Source: Monocercomonoides exilis PA203 (taxonomy: Eukaryota > Protista > Preaxostyla). From it: a DNA stretch of 64,000 nt. The stretch spans positions 620,001-684,000 of the forward strand of contig LSRY02000010.1 of NCBI GenBank assembly GCA_001643675.2, in the 5' to 3' direction. Every line of letters begins with the position of its first letter. Position 1 is the stretch's first letter. The position numbers and the translations under genes are program-made. Positions 10,583-23,100 of the stretch are shown here, in pieces. The notes under the pieces are model-generated. The model saw only the letters and a list, made by a program, of their open reading frames with translations, was not told the DNA's origin and made no database searches.

Positions 10583-13091
10583 TCATAAAAATGGTTGAGT
10601 TCCGTTCCAATCAAAAACTGCAGTTGGAAAAGCTGTTTTCATCAGCAGCTCAACAGGAGGAGTAAGTTTTGTACTTTTTGTCGCTCTCATCGTAGAATGT
10701 GAAGATAATTCTGAATATCAAAAACAAAATGGGAAAAAAAAAACAATGAATGGATTTTCGGAAAATAAAATTTTGAAAATATAATAAAATCATAAAAAAG
10801 TATTGGAGAGAAAGAAAAACAGCAAAAAATAAATCATTTTTCAAATAGTATATGAGATATTTGAAATCAACACATACTTACAGTTATTCTCGTCTCTGTG
10901 TTTTCTTTCCTCATCTGATCATAATAATACACATCAAATTCAGTTGTGTACGAATCCCTCTGCTTGCTGCGGTGAATCTCATCCAGAAGAGGCAGCGAGA
11001 ACGGAGTGAATATAACTGAATAATGCGACTCAAACGTCACAACCCAAACAGGACACACAGGATATTTCATATTGAACCCGACTTCAATTTGCTGATACAC
11101 CTCAAAGATCGAAAGATGGCCTATTACAGAGCGCTGCTCAATGCCGTGCAGCAGAAGCTCCTCCTCTTCCCGTTTGGACGACGTCGGAGGCGCAGGGACT
11201 GTCTGAACGCCGTCGAAGCAGTTTCCCCTTGCCTTCCCAATCAGCATGCAGTTCACCAGCTCCTGTGTGCAGTAGTCGTTGTGGTCAACAAGAGGCAACG
11301 GGAAATCCGCGTCCTGCTGAATTTTCTCGATGCCTCGCGAGAAAATCACAGACAGAAGAAACAGACACACACCCCAGTCTCCTTTCAGTTGCGCCAGTTT
11401 GGCTTCCACAAGACGCTGAAGCCCAGAAAAGCTGCTGGCGGTGGCAAGGCTGACACAGCCAGCCCGAGGAAAGCCAGCAGTCGCAGGACAAGACGAAGTG
11501 AAGAATGCCAAAGAAGCCTTGCGACACTCGCCGCAGCGCCACAAGATGATTGACAATGCTCTGACTAGCAAAGCCTGCTGCTCGCTTGAAGTGAATGTGA
11601 AGTGTGACGATGACAGCGAATGAGATGAGGAGGAAGAGGAAGAAGACAAAGCCGATCCGCAAAACTCTCCTTCTCCAAATGCTGAGAAGGCAGTTGGAGT
11701 GTCTTTGCTGTGGAAAGCGAGCTGCAAAATCTGTGCCTGAACAGCCGCCAGAATGCCACAAGGCCCGCCTTCCCGCTGGACAAGCCCGAAGGAGTTCGTT
11801 CCACCGGCAGGGCGGAAAAAGAACCCTTGCATCCACGCAGCAGGGAACGAACGGCGCGGCCGATCGCCAAAGATCAGCTGCTGCAGCCGACACAGCTCGG
11901 AGGAAGAAAGCGGACGGCCGGAATTAGACGACGATCCCATTGCTGCTGCAGCTGCTGATTCTGATTCCTTCAGCTGATGGCTTGACGTTGCAAAAGCAGA
12001 AGAATGAGCAGACGAGCCAAAAGTCGGAGAAGTTGAAGAAGAAAATGAAGGTGAAGCGCTTGATGATGGAGGAATGACAGAAGATGAGAAATCAAAATCT
12101 TCCAAGTCGCTTTCTTTTATTTCGCTATCTGTCAAAGTTGTCCCTTGAGTACTAGAGAAGCGTTTTTCAGTTGGGCGTTGTATTTTTTGCTTGCTTCGAT
12201 ATTTGATATCGTTTCTACTTCTTTCATCAGTCTCGTTTCCTTCATCAGAAAGAAATTTATCTTCTGGTCTCGAAATTCCTTCTCCATTTTTAACATTATC
12301 CGCTAACCTTCCACTCTTTTGAAATGGCAAAACGTGCTGCTGCAAAAAAAATCCAGATTTAGAAGATTTTTCTTGTTCTGAAGCTATATTATCTTCCTTC
12401 TTAAAAGTATCACTTTCATCACCTCCATAAAATCGAAGTTTTTGTTTCGAACTTTCATCTTTTTTCCCGTCACTTAATAAAAAAGGAGAAGATGATCTTT
12501 TAGTTTCACCTTTTCCTTCATCTTCTCCAACATGAACAGATGCTATTGCTTTTTGTTTCTTCTTTTTAATGACAAATTGTCTGAGTTGTGCTTCTCTTTC
12601 TGCTTCACATCCTTGATCTTTTGTTGCTGCGCTTTCAGAAATGCCTTTTGCTGAAGAATGACTTTGTACATTTCTTGGTGTTCCTAAATATTTTTTTTAT
12701 TATTATTTTTAAAAATAAAAAAGCATGACGCAATTGTACAAATGAATTAAATGTCTAAAATACATACGAATTGAAAGCATTGTTTCGCAAAGAAGTTCCA
12801 AAATTGAAACAAGAGGCTTTGCTATTGTGAATAAAAAAAATTAAAAAATTATTCTTGAAAATTCGAATTTAAAAATAATTGCATACGACGCGCTTTATTT
12901 GCTCTTGATTCCCTCTCAAGAGAAAAAACTTCAATAAGCTCTTTTCTTGTTGTTATTGCGTCCTCTTTTTTCGGATGTTCAGTTTCATATGTATTTAAAG
13001 AATCAAGTAATCCCTTTTTCCCAAGATGCTCTCTAATAAGTGCATCCACAGCCCTTTCTAAAATATTATCTTCCAACCCACGCTCTGTCAT
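10583..13091 (-). CDS. MINDY4: MINDY-family deubiquitinase, MINDY4 (FAM188B)-like; 4 exons (13091-12887, 12821-12768, 12683-10878, 10710-10583)
   Basis: N-terminus AVDALIREHLGKKGL...NKARPKPLVSILELL resembles the MINDY4 N-terminal block; catalytic GLVQREGGPCGILAAVQA (Cys) and ESHYSVIF (His); YCTQELVN; C-terminal PPVELLMKTAFPTAVFDWNGTQPFL*. Confidence 0.88.
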
Positions 13092-14189
13092 CTTTGAGAA
13101 AATAAAGCTCTTTTTAAATGTGATCTATTACATAATATTATTTAAGTTGTGAAACTGTTAATATTTTAGCAAAATTTTGATAATTGAAAATAATTGTCGA
13201 AAATGTTCGTTTATTCGTTTCATTTCGTGCTTTCTTTGTAAAAAAATTTTTTTTTTTTTTTTTTTTTTTTTGTGACAGACAAATATTTTTAAAATTAGTC
13301 ATGTCGAAGAGGTTTCGATGCAAATATCAAAATTTTTTGTTTAATAAAAGATTAACAATTTTGATAAGTTTTTCCTCCAAAAAATCAAAATTACAAAAAA
13401 TACTCAAACCACATTAAGTGATAAATATCAAATTGACTTTTTTTGAATTTTGCGAAAAATGAAGTTGCAGTGCAAGAAAAATGATTAAAGAATGCAAAAT
13501 TCTATAAAATATGAAAACAAAGCACTTGCAAATTTTCAAACATAATGACTTGTCAATTGGTATTGTTTATTAATTTCAAAGTTCATTTTGTTTAATTATT
13601 TTTATTATTAATTAATATCTTATGTTTTTATCAAATTTCTGTTTTTTCTCACAAAATATCACAGAAAAAATATAACAACCTGGCAATAGTATCATTTCAA
13701 TTTCAATGAAATTTCATGAATGGAAAAAGAAATAAGATCAAAAAATGCGATTATTTTCATTTTTGAAAATATAACTGAAAAGATTACAAAAAGAAAGAAA
13801 GAAAGAAAAAGGAAAAAGAAAAAAGAAAAAAAAGTTCCACATTATTAAACAACAATGGCTGGATGACCGAAGCAACACTTGGATGGAAAACGAAATGTGC
13901 ATGAGTGATTGTTTTTGAAATCATTCCTTTTTTCGGAGTGATGATAATTGAAAAGATTTTCATCAAAAGATAATATTATTTTAATTCAGATGATTAATGC
14001 ATCACACTAATTGAAAAAGCTTATATTTTATGTTTGAAAATGACATAAATATCTTCAAATGGGGGAAAATACGGACTTTCAAGCTTTTTTTGCACAAAAC
14101 ATGAAAAATTTGTTTCACTTATAACATTTTTTAACTTAACCAGATTTCAAAATAAATTTGATTTTCACAACTGTAAATAAACCTCTTTG

Positions 14190-14800
14190 ATGTTATAACA
14201 AAATGTTTTGTGACCTCACATGTATTTCATAAAATAAACCCATTTCTATTGTGTTTTTTGATCTCAAAAGTTAATGAAATGTGCATAATTCTCAATGAAA
14301 ATGCCTGAAGTGAAATATTTTCCCCCAAATAGTCTTTTCACTTTTCTGTGTTCATGAACAAATACATTAAAGAAGATTTTTGCCTGTCGTTTCAAACAGA
14401 ATAAACATAATTTCAAAAATAATCACAAATATTCTTTTCAGAAATTCAGGAAAGACAAACTCTTTTGGATCAAAAAGAAGAAAAATGTTTTCTTTTCCCA
14501 GTTTTTCGTCATTCGAGAGCATAACATGATAATTCGTTAAAAATCGCTGAAGCTCAATCGAAGTTGAAACATATATTTTTCACAACACATATTTAATTAA
14601 ACCTTTCGATCGAAGTGTCACTGTCAATAACAAAATATTCGGTTTTTCTTTTGAAAATATAATGTCAATTTCACATTATGTGTCTTTCGCTGATGAACAG
14701 CATTAGCGATAACCTTTCCTCAGGCTTTGAAAACCACATAATAGCCAGAAGCAATTATTTCTTCATTCGTTAAAAGTGGAGTAGTGATTAATCATTGGAA
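14190..14800 (+). pseudogene. Highly decayed pogo/DDE_1 transposase remnant
   Basis: 14581 reads HNTYLIKPFDRSV (cf. HTTHLTQPLDRFV at 52.9 kb). About 155 nt downstream, in a shifted frame, PEAIISSFVKSGV (cf. PKIV*KSFAECGI, 150 nt downstream in the other copy). Many stops and frameshifts; no TIRs found. Confidence 0.45.
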
Positions 14801-15537
14801 TGCTGTTCAAACCACGTATTCGGACGAAACTTTTGCGACACATAGGCTTCGAGACTTTGAATTCTGTTTTCATTGAAATATTTGCAACCATCAAGACTTT
14901 CTGAATTAATGGAATTTCAATTTTATTTTGTGAGAACCAAAACAAAACAATAAAAAATAAAATAAAATAAAATAAAAATAAAAATAAATAAATTAATAAA
15001 TTAATAAATTAATAAAAATTTTTCTTTTTGAAATAATCAAATATAATAAAATAAAGTTATTTTTTTAAAAAAGTCATCATTCACGATGAAGGGCATTTCA
15101 ACAAAAGGGCTGACAATTTGAAATGAAGAGTTTTGGATAAACAGATAACATTTAATTAGTAGTGAAACGTAATGCTAGAGTTAGTGCTGTTTTAAACATT
15201 CGTTAGTTAAATTGTATTTACTTTTAAATCCTCTCAAAAAGATTTTCCTCCAATAATAAAAGCCTCAACTTGAAAACTTCTAAATATCATTATTTCATTT
15301 ACCAACATAATTGTTGAAACATAAAAAATGAATGAAAATACTTCACAACAAAAAATAGGTTGACAAAAATTTTAACATCCAATTTATGAAAAGAATGGCT
15401 TTGAATGTTTTCATATTATTTGAATAAGTTGAAATACTTTCTCAAACATTTTTAAAGCATTTCGCAGTCATCCTTCATGAAAATCTATTTTGCTTTGGTT
15501 TGTTGAAAACAAAGAAAGCCAAAAGAATGCATTATCT

Positions 15538-16887
15538 TCAAAAGCGAAACACACAAGATCCGCTAAATGTCAATCGTCTTATCCAACGTGTTGGGTTAAA
15601 CGAGCGACTTCCATCAGAAATCGATTCGAACTGAAGTGATAGAGAAGACGGAGTGTAGTTTGGAACTTCGAAGAAGAGTTTAGCTGGTCCCATCTGCTTC
15701 CTGAATAGCGGTGTAATAGTGTCATCCGTACTGATGCGCAGTAGCATTCCCCGCTCCTCGTCCTTTTCCATTGGATCTGTCATCCACACCACTTCGTGGT
15801 CGCCAAGTGAGTATTCTGTCATCTCCTTCCTCTTTGACGACTCCTCTGATTGAGACACAAAATTAACCCCACTGACACTAGGTGGAACTTTAACCTTAAC
15901 GCAGATCTTTGTGCACATAGTGTCTGCTGGAACATCTGTGATAAGTTTCAGCAGTAGCTCTACTCTGTGTGGATTAATTTCATTGTAGCTCACAACAAGC
16001 GACAAAGGAAGTGTCACTTTCTTCGAGATGCGATATTGCATAAGCTGTGTCTCTCCAATGGGTAAAGAGCTAATTCGCAGCGACTTATCTTTTTCAAATG
16101 CGTCGGCATCAACAATTGAATGAAAAGAAGCATCATCTAATATAACAGAATGAGGAAGAGCATGTGCAGCTTGAGTCGTATCCGCCATCAGAATGTGCTG
16201 AAGGAAACTAAGTTTCGTTGCAATAATTCCTTTACAAAAAGATTTGATATTGACGCATCCTGTGACTTGTGAAGTGATCACTTCCCTTGCCTTTCCAATC
16301 GTGACGTGAATAGTTTCTAAAAGATCCAAAAATACATTGTTTGCATTAGACTCATCTGTGATGGATTTTTGAGCTGTTTCACTGCTAGTTGTGTCATCAG
16401 CATATAGAAGTGAAGGCGGAAGAAAAGAACGAAGTTTGCTGAGAGTTTCAACAACAGAACTTTTTGAAGATTTATCAGATGAATCAGACTTGACGAAAGG
16501 CTTAATATCGTCAGTGCTTGTTGTTTGTGCATGACCAAAATTTAAAACTTCTTCCACTAATTCAAGAATAAGAGAATAATGTTCTCGGACTGTCAATTCA
16601 GAGGTGTATCCGCAAAAGTCTGAAATATTGCGTGAAATCGCAGAAAGCAACTCCAAAAGGTAAGTTGGAGATCCATTGAAAATTGTTGCAGCAACGAAAT
16701 ATAGATCATTTACAAATAAGCTAACAAAATTGACTCCATCAATGTTGAAAATTGGTCCACATTTCCCCTTTGTCGACTGCATTTCATGCCAATAATCATC
16801 AGAAGTAATGCGTGGGATATCTCCACGATAGTCTTTGTAAAATAGTGTATCCCCCTTTACGTTTAATATGAAAAACTGTGAAATCAT
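15538..16887 (-). CDS. AP4M1: AP-4 adaptor complex medium (mu) subunit, intronless, 449 aa
   Basis: MISQFFILNVKGDTLFYKDYRGD N-terminus typical of mu4; longin domain ELVEEVLNFGHAQTT; MHD motifs VFLDLLE, LDDASFH, GETQLMQYR, FEVPNYTPS, RWIRRLT...FRF. Confidence 0.88.
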   Translation of the reverse strand: MISQFFILNVKGDTLFYKDYRGDIPRITSDDYWHEMQSTKGKCGPIFNIDGVNFVSLFVNDLYFVAATIFNGSPTYLLELLSAISRNISDFCGYTSELTVREHYSLILELVEEVLNFGHAQTTSTDDIKPFVKSDSSDKSSKSSVVETLSKLRSFLPPSLLYADDTTSSETAQKSITDESNANNVFLDLLETIHVTIGKAREVITSQVTGCVNIKSFCKGIIATKLSFLQHILMADTTQAAHALPHSVILDDASFHSIVDADAFEKDKSLRISSLPIGETQLMQYRISKKVTLPLSLVVSYNEINPHRVELLLKLITDVPADTMCTKICVKVKVPPSVSGVNFVSQSEESSKRKEMTEYSLGDHEVVWMTDPMEKDEERGMLLRISTDDTITPLFRKQMGPAKLFFEVPNYTPSSLSLQFESISDGSRSFNPTRWIRRLTFSGSCVFRF

Positions 16888-17151
16888 ATAATTTGTTGAT
16901 CTCTGAACCCTTATAGTATGTGAAATGTCAAAAAATAATAAACTAAAAGGTCTCCGAAATTCAACCGCAAAATTTATTGTTATAAATTATTAACTAAAAT
17001 TACGTTTCAAAAAGCAAAAATATGTTTAAAAACACTTCTATACATTGCCCAATCTTAGAAAAAATAATTTCCAAATAACAATAATAATAAAAATTTTAAT
17101 AAAAATACATAAAAATTTTGATAACTAAAAAATGAGTGACTAATACGCATT

Positions 17152-20100
17152 TTATTCGTTTAAACTTTTGAGCTTATCTTCCATGACTTGTTCAATCTGG
17201 TCTTTGGTTCGAATAGCTCTCCCAGAATCCTCGCACTCAATAATTTCTACAACATGGGATTGATCCTGGGAAGGACTTCGATTGAACATTGAAAAAATTG
17301 ACGAAGAAGAAGAAGATGGAGATGGAGAAGATATTTGAGATGCTTTTGAAGAAGCAGCATTTTCAGCTGGTTTTTTCGAAAGTGAAGAAATAAAAGGAGA
17401 GCGAAGAACAACTTCGATATTATTACCTTTTACAGATAAAGATGCAATCGATTGCAGATCATGGCACCAAACAAGATTATGTTTCGTCGAATCGCTCCAA
17501 TTCGTCATAATATAAAGTATCCGGATAGAAGTCACAACCACAGCTCTTTTATCTGTCTGTCGCACTTCTGTTTTGAACAGCAGTTCTTCTCCCTCAAAAA
17601 ATGTCGCCACATCTCGAAATACACTTAGCGCCTCGCTCAGTTTTCCGTTGTAGCATCCAATGATGCAGTCTCCACCGACATACCTTTCTGTCCGCACTCT
17701 TCCTTTGACACCCTTCTTCCACACGCTGCTTCCCCCGTCTTCAGCCGTCCATCCTTTCACACCTTCCATCGTGTGTGAAGCCATCGACAGCGTCCCGCTC
17801 ACTGGCTGCAACGCAACACCAATCACACCTTTCCCCATTCCTTTAAACAGACCCTTCACACCTTCTTTCTGGGCACCACTTACTGGTTCCTTCACAATCC
17901 CGCTGACTCCTTTAACCATCGATTTAAGCAAAGCAGTCACGCCTTTTCCGAGCCCTTCAATCGGATTTGAACTTGGAGCAATCACAGTTGAAGGAGTTGT
18001 GCTTCTTTGCTTAAGTCCTGTTTGAGTTGGTTCTTGTGGCTGCTGTTGGTTTTGCTCTCCAGTCAGCACAGATATACCTTGCATCGCAGCAGATGATACA
18101 GAAGTGACTGTATTGCTCACTGTGTATAATGTCTTTGATATCAATTTCTTTCCTCCACTTCCCACTCCTTTGATAAAGCTTGACACACTCCCTTCCTTCA
18201 GTCCACGAGCAGTTTCACTCATAAGATCGGTTACCCCTCCTTTCAGGCCACGCATTAATCCAACAGGATTTCCAATTGCCTCCACTCCAAACAAAAGTGA
18301 ATACCAATTTTTCATCAAAGTTGCTGTGTAATGGCGTCGAAGAGATGTAGCAACATGCAGTGCAGATGACGATACACGAACGAGAGACAAAGAATCGACT
18401 GTGATGATCGAATCAATATTGCCAATAACTGCACCAAAAAATGATGCTACATTTCTCAAAACGCTGCTCTTCTCTTCGTTTGCCGATCCAATCCCAAGAT
18501 CACCTGTCGTTTTAAATAGAATGTGAATTCTGGTCTCAGAAATCTTAAAGTTCTCAATTAGAACTTGTTGCATAATTCTTTCTTCATTTTGCCTCTGAAC
18601 GATTTCGATTTTCTTCTTTTCTTTTGAATTCTCGCCTGACAATTGAGGAATTGCGCTTCCCATTTCATACAAACTGAAGTAGTTATTTCCTGTTCCGTTT
18701 CCTTCTCCTGTCCAGTCAACACCGCTCCATCCAATCATACCCATTTGTTTCATAATATTCTCTATAAGCTCAATAACTCCAAGTTCTTCAACGTATTTTG
18801 TTAATCGCACAATAAATGGTTCCTCGATGCAAATGTCCATAACTGACACAGTTAAAACTCCTTTTTTGATAAGCAGCACTCTTCCAATGCCTCCACCAAC
18901 AAGTTTTTTCTTCAGTTCTTTTGCTGTAACTTTTGGATTGAAATGCGTGTCAATTTCAACGCCAAATAAGTTCCATCTTTTTAGTTCTCCTCCAAAAGCC
19001 TTTTCATTCTTCAATCCATGCACCTCAAAATGAATCATTCCCTCTTTCTTCTTCCTTTCTTCTTCTCCTTCTTTACCACTGACTCTTCCGCTGAACACAA
19101 CTGGAAACAGCGTTCCTTGTCGAAAACTGTCCAGCTGAACTCTTCCGACCACTCCATTAAGTGACCACCATCCATCACGCTCTACCACTCCAACATCAAT
19201 ATGACTGACAGAGAAAAGAAGTAGTTCAGAAGGACGAGTGCTCAGAACTCTAACGTTGTTGTTCATGCCAATTTGATTCATCCTATCGGAATAAGCACTT
19301 TCGCTGTTATTATCTCCAATTTCTGAAATGAAAGATAATTCGATACGTTGGACAGAAAGGTCGATACTTAATCCTGAAATTTTCATTGAAGAACCATTAT
19401 TTGCTTTTTGAAGATCTTTGCTGCCCGAATTTTCTAACTCTTGATCTGCGTTGTTCTCTTTCCATTCCTTTATATTTAACCATCCTCTTCGAGATTTATT
19501 GAAGTTCTTTTCGATTTTTCCAATGGTGCTGTGGTGATTTCGTTTATTGTTCATGGCGATAAGATGATGAGGAGTGCTTTCTGTAACCATTGAAATATCC
19601 AGCACACGACGAATGCCGTCTGTCGAGCAAACAAACAAGTACCCGCAAACCCTTCCTCTTTCGTTAACGAATGTGACAGGTGGTGTCATCTTTAACTCTG
19701 ATAAGTTTATAAACACATCATTTGGCACTTCAGAAGCGCGAAATTCACATGGACACAATTCAGACGAATAATTGGAAAGAGGAGCCATTATTACAGAAGA
19801 AGAAGGTGACGCTGATATTCGTCTGTTCGATGGAGATGATGTTTGCGCCGACATTTGAGTTGAAGATAAAGTTCGTTTTAATTTATCAGATGAAGCTGTT
19901 AAGTCATCGAGTGAAGATCCTAAATACGTCAGCAAAGAAGGAGAAGGTGGTGGCAAAGGTGTTCCAGAACGAATGTTTTCAGAAACAATTGGAGCAAATG
20001 AATGAGAATATGTGTGAAGATGTGGCGGTGGTGGAGGAGGCTGACGGAAGTGAACAATAACAATTGGAGGAGCAGAGTGATCAAACAATGCATATGGAAT

Positions 20101-23100
20101 AGCAGAATACGCTGATATGTCAACATATCCAGAAGGAGTGTTTTTCTGAATAATTGTAAATTGGAATGGCGTTCGATTTTTAATAATGTATGGAGATTGT
20201 TGAGGCAAGTTATCTGATATTCCATTTGCTTTATTTCTGGAAACATGGTTTTCAATTCTTTTCAATTTTCTCCTCAAACTTTGAACCTGCGATTTGTGGA
20301 ATGCATCATCAAGACTATTCTCATTTTTAAGTTCATTTACAGCTGTTCTATTCATATTTTGTAATTTTTCATTTTTCATCTGTTGTTTTATTTTTCTTAT
20401 TTGCCTTTGTGTAACCTTCTGCTTCTTTGATGTTTTGCCCCAAGATTTGTAATTCAAGCCTTCTCTTCCAAAGTGTTCTTTGCATTCTTCACACGATATG
20501 GTCATGAGTAATGATTTGGTCCCTGGATGTTCTCTTGATCTCAAATGCACCAAAAGCGGTCTTTGAGATTCATCATTCAGCTTTTGATGTTTCACGCTGT
20601 GATGGTGGGAAGATGCTGATGGTGGCCTGGAAGGATCAGCTGAAGACATTTGAGTCGGAGTTGAAGCTCTCGATGTGCTGCTTTTTAAATTATTATTCGA
20701 TACAATGTTTGAAGGAGAATTTGGTGAAAATGCGACAAATGGAATTGGATTAATATCGAGAGATGTGTATAGAAGAATTGTCAAATCATCTGTTTGATTC
20801 AGGTCAATTGGCCCAGACCAACGAAGAGCATGATGTTCTGCTACAGTTGATACAGTCATGAAAGAAGGAGTATGCGCATGGAACACACGAGAAGACGGCA
20901 TTGCATTACCTACATTTGCAGAATAAAAACTACTGGTTTCATCTCCATTTGTAATGGTCTTTGCATCTGAATCTGTTTGCCTCTGATCCAGCAACTTCCT
21001 TTTCTTGGAAAGCTCAATTTCTGAAGATAATGATGCAAATGTTACTGAAGAATCTGTTTCGATATCGGATGAGGTGTTTTCATTATCAGCTGAATCAAGC
21101 GAAATTTCATCTATTTCAACTGAGCTGTGTAAGTGCAAACTATCAGAATCAGATAATGAATACATATCATGATAAGATAGTGAAGAGCTTGATTCTTCGT
21201 CGCTCATATTTGAAGGTTGTGACGGATCATCAAAATCATTTTTGTTCTCATGAGTTCTAATTTTCATTTCTTTCTTTTGATTTTCTGTTTTGCTGTAAAA
21301 AATATCTTCCTTTTCGTTGTTTTTTAATTTTTCTCTTTTCTTGATTGCAATTTGTATCCATTTCCGTGTGCACCCTTCTCCCTCAGAATTCAACCACATC
21401 CATCCAACCTCAGATTTATCGCTTGGAAGTTTCATTACAACTTCGTTTGCATCCGTTGCGCAAGCCGCAAGTCCGCGAGTTGCTAAAAACTCGTCTCGTG
21501 TTTGTTTGCTACGAATAGCCTCAGCTGGACTCATTACTCCTTCTGCCTGAGAATCTGCCAAGTCATTTGTTGAAAGATGAAGTTGCTGATTCTGCACGGA
21601 AATCTGCTTTTTTCTGATTTGTTCTTTCTTCTGTGCCTCCATCAGCATCTGTTCTTCTTCATGCTTTGTAAGATAACTACGCACATAAATATCATACTCA
21701 TCGCATTCATTCACAAAACAGAACCTCGGTGCAATTGTAACCGTCTTTGTCCTGTCAAATGGAGGCTTTGCTTGCTGTATAGCAACTGCCATTTCGTGCA
21801 ATACCTTTCCATCGTTAACAGTCACTATTTCGCATGTGCCAACAGTATCCACAGAAAAAGGCTGAGAGCTTCCTCCAAGTTGAGGCATAGCAAACCTTAA
21901 GCTCATTCGATAATTTGGTGTAGGCGTTGGATTTTGTGTATGGAACGAAAAAGGAAGGGGAAACACTTGTCTAGGTGTGATCGAAATTGAGTCGTTAATT
22001 GGTGTGTGCTCTGAAGATTGATCCATGGAAGTTGTGCCTTTGGTTGAGTGCTTGAGAAACCATGGAAGATTGAATACTGACTGAGAAGGAACAGATGCTG
22101 TAAAAGATTCTTTTGAATTTGACTGATTGAATGAAGTCATCGAATGAATAAAAGGCATCTTTGGAGGTTCCTGAAGATAGACAACTTGAAGAGAAGAGCA
22201 GTTTATAATCCAATAAGGAGAAAAGAAAGTCAAAAATCGCATCCTCCTTTGCATAGTTGTTTCCATAAAAAGTGTTACTTGATCCAAAAATAGCAAACGA
22301 GGTGTATGTGGTTCCTTGACAATTGAATGGATGTCAGAAGCATCTCCAAGTTCTGTTTCTTCATTCACAGACATTGAACCAATTTTTGATGAAGAAGATC
22401 TCTTTCCTGCTCGTTTGGCTATCTGGCGCTGCTCTTCTAATATCTTTTCAACCATTTGTGCTGGTGTTATTTTCTCTGGGTGTTCGTGGATAATAAACAG
22501 ATTCGACCAGATATCGCCAAATTCAAAGACTACACTATCATTTTGTTTGGTTCTATGAAACATTCTTTTTTGAGGAGGCCGTTTTGAATCAAAAGAAACA
22601 GTTTCTTTTCTCTTCTTTTTGGCTCGTTTCTTTATCAATTGAGATGGTAATTGCATGAATGATGAAGTTGATTCATCTTCCGAAAAGGCTCCCTCTGAAA
22701 ATTCTTGCTTCGTGTCTGAGAAATCTTCAGAAGCGCTTATTCCTTTTGCTTTTGTATTCTTTCTTTTTTGATCTTGTTCAGTTTGTTTTTCTCGCGAATT
22801 ACCCGATAAATGCGGTGATAAAGGAGAAAAGCTGCTTAAAATACTATTTTGAATCGGTTCGTTTGTATCAAATTCATTTCCTTGTATTTCATTGTTTTCT
22901 GATTTGACATATTCCTTTGAATGCAATTCATCTTTGATTATTTGTTCATGATCAGATTCTTTGTCTTCAGAATTAATGTTTCTTCCTTCAAAATTGATTG
23001 TGCTTATCAATTTTCCCTTTGCAAAGCAGACACGAGCAGCTATTGCGCCCATCATTGGGAAGTGATACAATCCAATCGACGATCCAGGAGCAATGAATGC

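Noticed and set aside
14941-15016. (AAAAT)n and (AATTAATA)n tandem run
   Set aside because: Simple AT-rich slippage repeat with no further structure.
15538-17152. VPS13 directly followed by AP4M1, and six consecutive minus-strand genes, as a trafficking cluster or operon
   Set aside because: Adjacency in a compact genome is sufficient; there is no evidence of co-transcription.
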